The notes under the pieces are model-generated. The model saw only the letters and a program-made list of their open reading frames with translations. It was not told the origin of the DNA and searched no databases. A stretch of DNA of 64,000 bases from Bdellovibrionales bacterium (GTDB lineage Bacteria > Bdellovibrionota > Bdellovibrionia > Bdellovibrionales > JAGQZY01). The position numbers and the translations under genes were made by a program. The stretch is taken from contig CAXRHT010000003.1 of assembly GCA_964230645.1 (NCBI GenBank), forward strand, positions 128,001-192,000, given 5' to 3'. The stretch's first letter is position 1. Every line of letters starts with the position of its first letter. Shown in pieces: positions 59,393-64,000 of the stretch.

Positions 59393-59951
59393 TACCTTTT
59401 CCTTTTTGGCTTTTCTTAATAGAGTTCAGCTCGATGACTAAGTCAGTCACTTTCTCTGTGGTCTCCCGCAGTCGCTTTCCAAGAATCTCTGCTAGACGAA
59501 GACTAATCTTGTTTCCTGTTAGAGGGTTACGCTGAATAATCTGCATGAGGTCAGGTTTAAAAAAACCGATAAGAGTTGAGCGATTTATTGAAACAGCTGT
59601 GGCTGAGCGATAACTGGGTTCTTCAATGAGAGACAATTCACCAAAAAAGTCACCTTTTTCAAGGCGAGTAATAAAGATGTCTTCGTGGTCTGGACTATTC
59701 ACCTCAAAGGAGGGATCGTGCATAATAATATCAACACTTCCATTGAAGATAAGATACATTCCGACCCCTTGATCTCCTTGTTTGAAAATCTTTTCGCCAG
59801 GCTCAAAATAACGAACGTGAACGATATGCGCCAAAAATTCCATCTCAGAGGAGTTAAGGTCTTTAAACAGAAATGAATTTTTCAAAAAATTAAGAACATT
59901 ATTTTCATCACTTTTTTTCTTGAGAACATTCTCCCATAAATACTGAATCAT
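59367..59951 (-). CDS. Stand-alone cyclic-nucleotide-binding domain protein
   Basis: IFKQGD, MYLIFNGSV, FFGELSL...RSATA phosphate-binding cassette; no HTH. Confidence 0.9.
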   Translation of the reverse strand: MIQYLWENVLKKKSDENNVLNFLKNSFLFKDLNSSEMEFLAHIVHVRYFEPGEKIFKQGDQGVGMYLIFNGSVDIIMHDPSFEVNSPDHEDIFITRLEKGDFFGELSLIEEPSYRSATAVSINRSTLIGFFKPDLMQIIQRNPLTGNKISLRLAEILGKRLRETTEKVTDLVIELNSIKKSQKGKGSEEKHFTS

Positions 59952-60748
59952 TCATTCCCCTTAAATACGATCAATGTTTGCATTGGGACCCATCCGGGCG
60001 CGCCACTTAACGAGCGAATCTGTGCCCATTCTCCGAGAACCTTTTCGACCACGACAATTTGTCCCTCATACAGTTCAGAAAGAGTGGGTGAGGTCTCAGA
60101 TGGGCTGATATGGCTTTGAAGATTCTGGCTAATAACGGTCGCCTTTTGTTCATAGGTTTTCGTGGCGAGATAAACAGAAAACCCGAGTGCGACTAAAAAA
60201 AGAGGAAAGCTCAAGTGCAGCCAAACAGGCCAATGGGTGATGGAGATTTGCCGTTTGACGCCGTACTCCACGGAACCGAAAGCCCAAATGATAAAAAATA
60301 GAAAGCCAAGACCGAGCCATAAATGCAGGGAAAGGGCGGAGAGATAGTTAAAGATCACTGCATACACAGGAGGAGAGGAACGTTCTGGGAAGTGCTTTTC
60401 TTCAGCAAAACGAATGGCACTTCGAGCCGGTTGAAAATTTGGGTCGAAAGATCTTGCTTTGCGCCATAGCCCAAGTGCCAATCCGATTTCTCCTTTTTCA
60501 TATCGGACCCGTCCTAGGTTATAGAGCACCGCGGGATTTTGTGGCTCTTTTTCTAGAAGTTGTTCAAAAGCACCGATCGCTTTGTCGTATTGATTGTTTT
60601 CAAAAGCCGCTACGGCCTCAAGAAATTGCGGCTGAGCCTCGGTTTGCGCAAAGAGGGGTGAGATACAGAAAAAACATAGAATTTGAAAGAAGATCATGGC
60701 CATTAGTTTAACCTGAAAATAGAAATAAGATAAAGTGCTCCCGCCCAT
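59948..60748 (-). CDS. TPR + TM + SH3 protein (BatE-like); true start may be 60703
   Basis: Signal peptide, LYNLG TPR, two TM helices, ELYEG...WAQI...GWVP SH3b-like end. Confidence 0.8.
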   Translation of the reverse strand: MGGSTLSYFYFQVKLMAMIFFQILCFFCISPLFAQTEAQPQFLEAVAAFENNQYDKAIGAFEQLLEKEPQNPAVLYNLGRVRYEKGEIGLALGLWRKARSFDPNFQPARSAIRFAEEKHFPERSSPPVYAVIFNYLSALSLHLWLGLGFLFFIIWAFGSVEYGVKRQISITHWPVWLHLSFPLFLVALGFSVYLATKTYEQKATVISQNLQSHISPSETSPTLSELYEGQIVVVEKVLGEWAQIRSLSGAPGWVPMQTLIVFKGNE

Positions 60749-60818
60749 AAATTTGTCATTTCCTAGGACAAAATTCCTACAACATGGTATTGAGTAGTTT
60801 AGCCAAAGGGAAGGTTTT

Positions 60819-62180
60819 ATGAGTGGAATGCAAGAACAAATAGATAAAACGATTCAAACACTTGTTGAACAACAAACAAAACACAATGAATCCATCGAAG
60901 GAATTCGACCGGCCGATCCTGCTCGAAAAGAAAGACAAGACAAACTGATCGAGGGTTATAATGCGGTCCGTGGCCGTCCTCTTTTCTATAATTATTCTGG
61001 AACTGGGCGCGGACGGGGCCCCTACGTTGAACTTGAGGATGGAAGTGTAAAACTGGATTTCATCAATGGAATTGGAGTGCATATTTTTGGGCATTCTCAC
61101 CCCAAAGTCATCGAAGCGGCTGTACGAGGAAGCTTGCAAGATATTCTTATGCAAGGACACCTTCAAATGAATGAAGAGTACCTGGAATTTGCCAACACTG
61201 TTTTAGATCTTGCGAAAGGAAGTCGTTTAGAACACGGTTGGATTTGCCCCTCAGGCTCTATGGCCAATGAAAATGCATTGAAAATGGCGCGCCAAAAAAA
61301 TACACCGGCTCGCTATATCGTAGCGATGAAAGACTCATTTGCTGGACGAACGACTATGATGGCTGAAGTCACAGATAATCCCAAGTACAAACAAGGTTTA
61401 CCTGAATACGGTGAGGTTCTAAGAGTTCCTTTTTATGATAAGAATGATCCTGATTCTGGTAAGAAAACTCTGGAGCAGTTGAGAAAGCATATCGCCGACC
61501 ACCCGAAGGACATTAGCTGTTTTTATTTTGAACCAATGCTTGGAGAGGGAGGCTATAAAGTCGCTCCGAAAGAGTTTTTTATCCCGCTTTTTGAAGAGTG
61601 TCGTAAGCATGGAATTGCTATTTGGGCCGATGAAGTGCAAACCTTCCTCCGCACGGGCGAGCCCTTTGCTTTTCAAACTTTGGACTTCGCGGAGTATATG
61701 GATATCGTCACCATTGCCAAAACCGCCCAATGTGGAATGACGCTTTATACTGAAGAGTACAATCCCCAGCCGGGTCTGGTTGCGGGGACCTTTGCAAGTT
61801 CAACCCCTTCTCTTCGCTCTGGGACAACAATTATGAAAGAGATGAAAGAGCAGGGTTATTTCGGTAAGAATGGCAAGGTTCACAAAATATATGTGGAGTT
61901 TGTCGAAGAATTAAAAAAGCTTTGTGAGGGATCTTGTCGGGGTCTTTTAAAGGACCCAGAGGGACTTGGGTTGATGGTGGCTGTGACGCCTTTCGACGGT
62001 GATCGTGACAAAATTATTAAGTTGCTCCATAAAATGTACGACAATGGCTTTATAGCGTTTGGTTGTGGAAAAGACCCATTCCGTCTAAGATTTCTTGTCC
62101 CAGCTATTGTTACCAGTGAAGATATCAAAACAGCCTGTAAGATTATTGAACAATCGATATTGGAGCTAAAAGACAGTTAA
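60819..62180 (+). CDS. Class III PLP aminotransferase (ArgD/AstC-like)
   Basis: GIGVHIFGH, SGSMANENALK, FAGRT, EPMLGEGG, DEVQT, IAK, GTF. Confidence 0.9.
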   Translation: MSGMQEQIDKTIQTLVEQQTKHNESIEGIRPADPARKERQDKLIEGYNAVRGRPLFYNYSGTGRGRGPYVELEDGSVKLDFINGIGVHIFGHSHPKVIEAAVRGSLQDILMQGHLQMNEEYLEFANTVLDLAKGSRLEHGWICPSGSMANENALKMARQKNTPARYIVAMKDSFAGRTTMMAEVTDNPKYKQGLPEYGEVLRVPFYDKNDPDSGKKTLEQLRKHIADHPKDISCFYFEPMLGEGGYKVAPKEFFIPLFEECRKHGIAIWADEVQTFLRTGEPFAFQTLDFAEYMDIVTIAKTAQCGMTLYTEEYNPQPGLVAGTFASSTPSLRSGTTIMKEMKEQGYFGKNGKVHKIYVEFVEELKKLCEGSCRGLLKDPEGLGLMVAVTPFDGDRDKIIKLLHKMYDNGFIAFGCGKDPFRLRFLVPAIVTSEDIKTACKIIEQSILELKDS

Positions 62181-63526
62181 TGGATTTCATCGAGGCCTGC
62201 AAAAAAATAATCTCGATTGATAGCACACCCAGCAATGGAACCGGAGAAGTCAGTCGCTTTATCAAGTCATTGGCAGAATCCTTAGGCTTCCAAGTGCACC
62301 TTGAAGAGGTTGTGCAGAGAGGGATTGAAGAGGCCAATGTCATTTGTTTTCCTAAAGAAAAGTCTTCTAAAGTTCACCTTATGCTGCAAACTCATCTGGA
62401 TACGGTTGATCCTGGATCCTTTGCTCACTGGGAGAAAACCGGTAAGAACCCTTTTCATGCGACAATCCACGATTCAAAAATTTATGGTCTTGGTGTTGCC
62501 GACACAAAAATAGATTTTCTTTGTAAGCTTTATGCAGCAAAAGAATTTATTGGAAAAGACTTGAAACACAGTTTCGCAGTGGTTGGAACCTATGGCGAAG
62601 AGTACAATATGAATGGTTCCATTCGATTGATCCGTCATAAAACTTTGCTTGCTGACAGAGTTCTAGTGAGTGAGCCTACTAATTTTGATCTTATAACTGC
62701 CGGCAAAGGGCTTGCGAATATAGAAATAACCATTCCATTTTCAAAAGAAGAGATGGAAGCGAAGGTGGCCCATGACAGTGGAGAAGGGCAGAGCACTCAG
62801 TGCAAAATATTTAAAGGAGTTCCGGCTCACTCGTCTCAGCCTCTTAAGGGTGTGAACGCTATAGAGGAGCTTTTCAGGTATATGGAAAATCTGCCGGATC
62901 AAATTCTTCTTTTAGAAGTCGATGGAGGTACAAACTACAATACGATACCCGTTCAGAGTCTCATTGAGTTTGACCTAGTCACTTTGAAGTCTATGACTGT
63001 GAATCAAAAGGTGCTAAAAATTTATCGAAAAATCCTTTCGATGAAAAAAGAATTTGAAAATTTGGAAGATCCACAGTTTGATCCTGCTCAGACAACTTTA
63101 AATATTGGCATGATCCGAACCTACGACGATCATTTGAAAATCATGGGCTGTGTTAGGTGGCCTCCTATTGTGAAAGAAGATACTTACGGCGAGTGGATGG
63201 CCGATCTAAAAAGTTTCTGCGACTCACTGGGTGCTACATTTCGGGTGAGAGATTCCAAAAAGCCATTTTCCGTCAATCCGAAGTCGGATTTTTCCAACAA
63301 GGTGTTTTCAGCGATTTACCAAGACCATGAAGATAGCCAGATATCGACCCAGCCTGTCACGAATGAAGCCAATGTCTTTCATAAATTAGGGCTTGAAGTC
63401 CTTGTCTTTGGCCCAGGTCAAAGAGAAGGGAACTCGCAAACGCCCCATGAATCGATACCCATTGATAATTTGTATAAAGCGATTAAAATTTACCAGAACC
63501 TAATCAATCAGCTTTGCGTTCAATAG
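62180..63526 (+). CDS. M20 family deacylase (ArgE/DapE-like)
   Basis: HLDTV, GLGVADTK, GEE, SEPT, AHSS, FGPG. Confidence 0.85.
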   Translation: MDFIEACKKIISIDSTPSNGTGEVSRFIKSLAESLGFQVHLEEVVQRGIEEANVICFPKEKSSKVHLMLQTHLDTVDPGSFAHWEKTGKNPFHATIHDSKIYGLGVADTKIDFLCKLYAAKEFIGKDLKHSFAVVGTYGEEYNMNGSIRLIRHKTLLADRVLVSEPTNFDLITAGKGLANIEITIPFSKEEMEAKVAHDSGEGQSTQCKIFKGVPAHSSQPLKGVNAIEELFRYMENLPDQILLLEVDGGTNYNTIPVQSLIEFDLVTLKSMTVNQKVLKIYRKILSMKKEFENLEDPQFDPAQTTLNIGMIRTYDDHLKIMGCVRWPPIVKEDTYGEWMADLKSFCDSLGATFRVRDSKKPFSVNPKSDFSNKVFSAIYQDHEDSQISTQPVTNEANVFHKLGLEVLVFGPGQREGNSQTPHESIPIDNLYKAIKIYQNLINQLCVQ

Positions 63527-63534
63527 GAGTCAAA

Positions 63535-64000
63535 ATGCTAGTCAAAGACCCCATAGCCTTTAAAGGTAACTTTATTCACGGAGAATTCGTCGTTCCAACA
63601 GGAGCGAAAGCCATCAAAAACCAGAGTCCTGGTAATTTGGAAGAAACGGTTTTTGATTTCATTTCCGACCACACTCATGTGGATCAAGCCTGCGAAGCGG
63701 CTCAAAAGGCCTTTCCCGCCTGGTCAGAGCTTACAATTGAAAAGCGCATGGAAACTCTCAACCGAGTTAAAGAGATTTTAGTTTCTCGCCAAGAAGAGCT
63801 CGCTGAAGTTATATCAAGAGAAACGGGTAAGCCACTGTGGGAGACCAAAACAGAGGCCGCGGCTGTGATCGGAAAATTCACTGTGACCTTCGATTATTCT
63901 TTGGAATTGGTTAAAGAGGTGCGTGTGGAAAACGCTACTCCCACGGGTGATGGCTTTATTCGTTATCAACCGCGAGGTGTCTTTGCTGTACTGGGCCCTT
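63535..64000 (+). CDS. astD: Aldehyde dehydrogenase, succinylglutamate-semialdehyde dehydrogenase-like (runs off window end)
   Basis: Manual translation: MLVKDPIAFKGNFIHG...ISRETGKPLWETKTE...GK...QPRGVFAVLGP; AGGAG RBS; not in the ORF track. Confidence 0.72.
   Translation, partial: MLVKDPIAFKGNFIHGEFVVPTGAKAIKNQSPGNLEETVFDFISDHTHVDQACEAAQKAFPAWSELTIEKRMETLNRVKEILVSRQEELAEVISRETGKPLWETKTEAAAVIGKFTVTFDYSLELVKEVRVENATPTGDGFIRYQPRGVFAVLGP

Noticed and set aside
1475..62513. Many 60-170 aa ORFs in the track that lie antisense to, or out of frame within, well-supported genes (e.g. 13758-14276, 37764-38138, 45516-45737, 60777-61166)
   Set aside because: Shadow ORFs with no motifs. The Phe-rich 45516-45737 ORF is simply the reverse complement of the rplU Lys repeat.
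1..64000. CRISPR arrays, IS elements, rRNA/tRNA genes
   Set aside because: No repeat-spacer periodicity, terminal inverted repeats with transposase, or RNA-gene signatures found by eye; intergenic gaps are all about 500 bp or less.

Overview
Gene-dense, AT-rich bacterial chromosome segment with about 60 CDSs. I saw no rRNA, tRNA, CRISPR array, integrase or transposase. Gene content and order suggest a Bdellovibrionota-like (predatory delta-type) organism; this is inference and was not database-checked. Housekeeping blocks: uvrA (partial), pmm/pgm, pdxA, surA, etfAB, sdhCAB, dapF-dapA-dapB-tal, ftsK, fis-dnaB, rpsF-DUF2232-rplI, asnS, a three-gene acyl-CoA carboxylase, PNP/pdp, pilT, rng, rplU-rpmA-obgE-nadD::rsfS-rlmH, comF-lolA-rimO, hpt, bamD, and an aminotransferase/M20/AstD-like cluster. 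Best leads: (1) an unannotated 23-codon hydrophobic ORF with its own promoter and RBS, ahead of a TatT/BstC-like + beta-barrel + lipoprotein operon (candidate lipid-scavenging system); (2) a four-glycosyltransferase cluster behind dnaB that ends in a phage-type GT-A protein; (3) a divergent lysozyme-fold/SLT enzyme abutting a small secreted partner inside a protease-rich island; (4) a 74-aa protein with a perfect beta-clamp motif (QLSLF); (5) two perfect, inverted DnaA boxes between two nucleoside-salvage genes; (6) an S6:S18 leader on an operon lacking rpsR, a NadD-RsfS fusion, and an unannotated LptM/YifL-like lipoprotein. All family calls come from motif recognition by eye; no searches were run.
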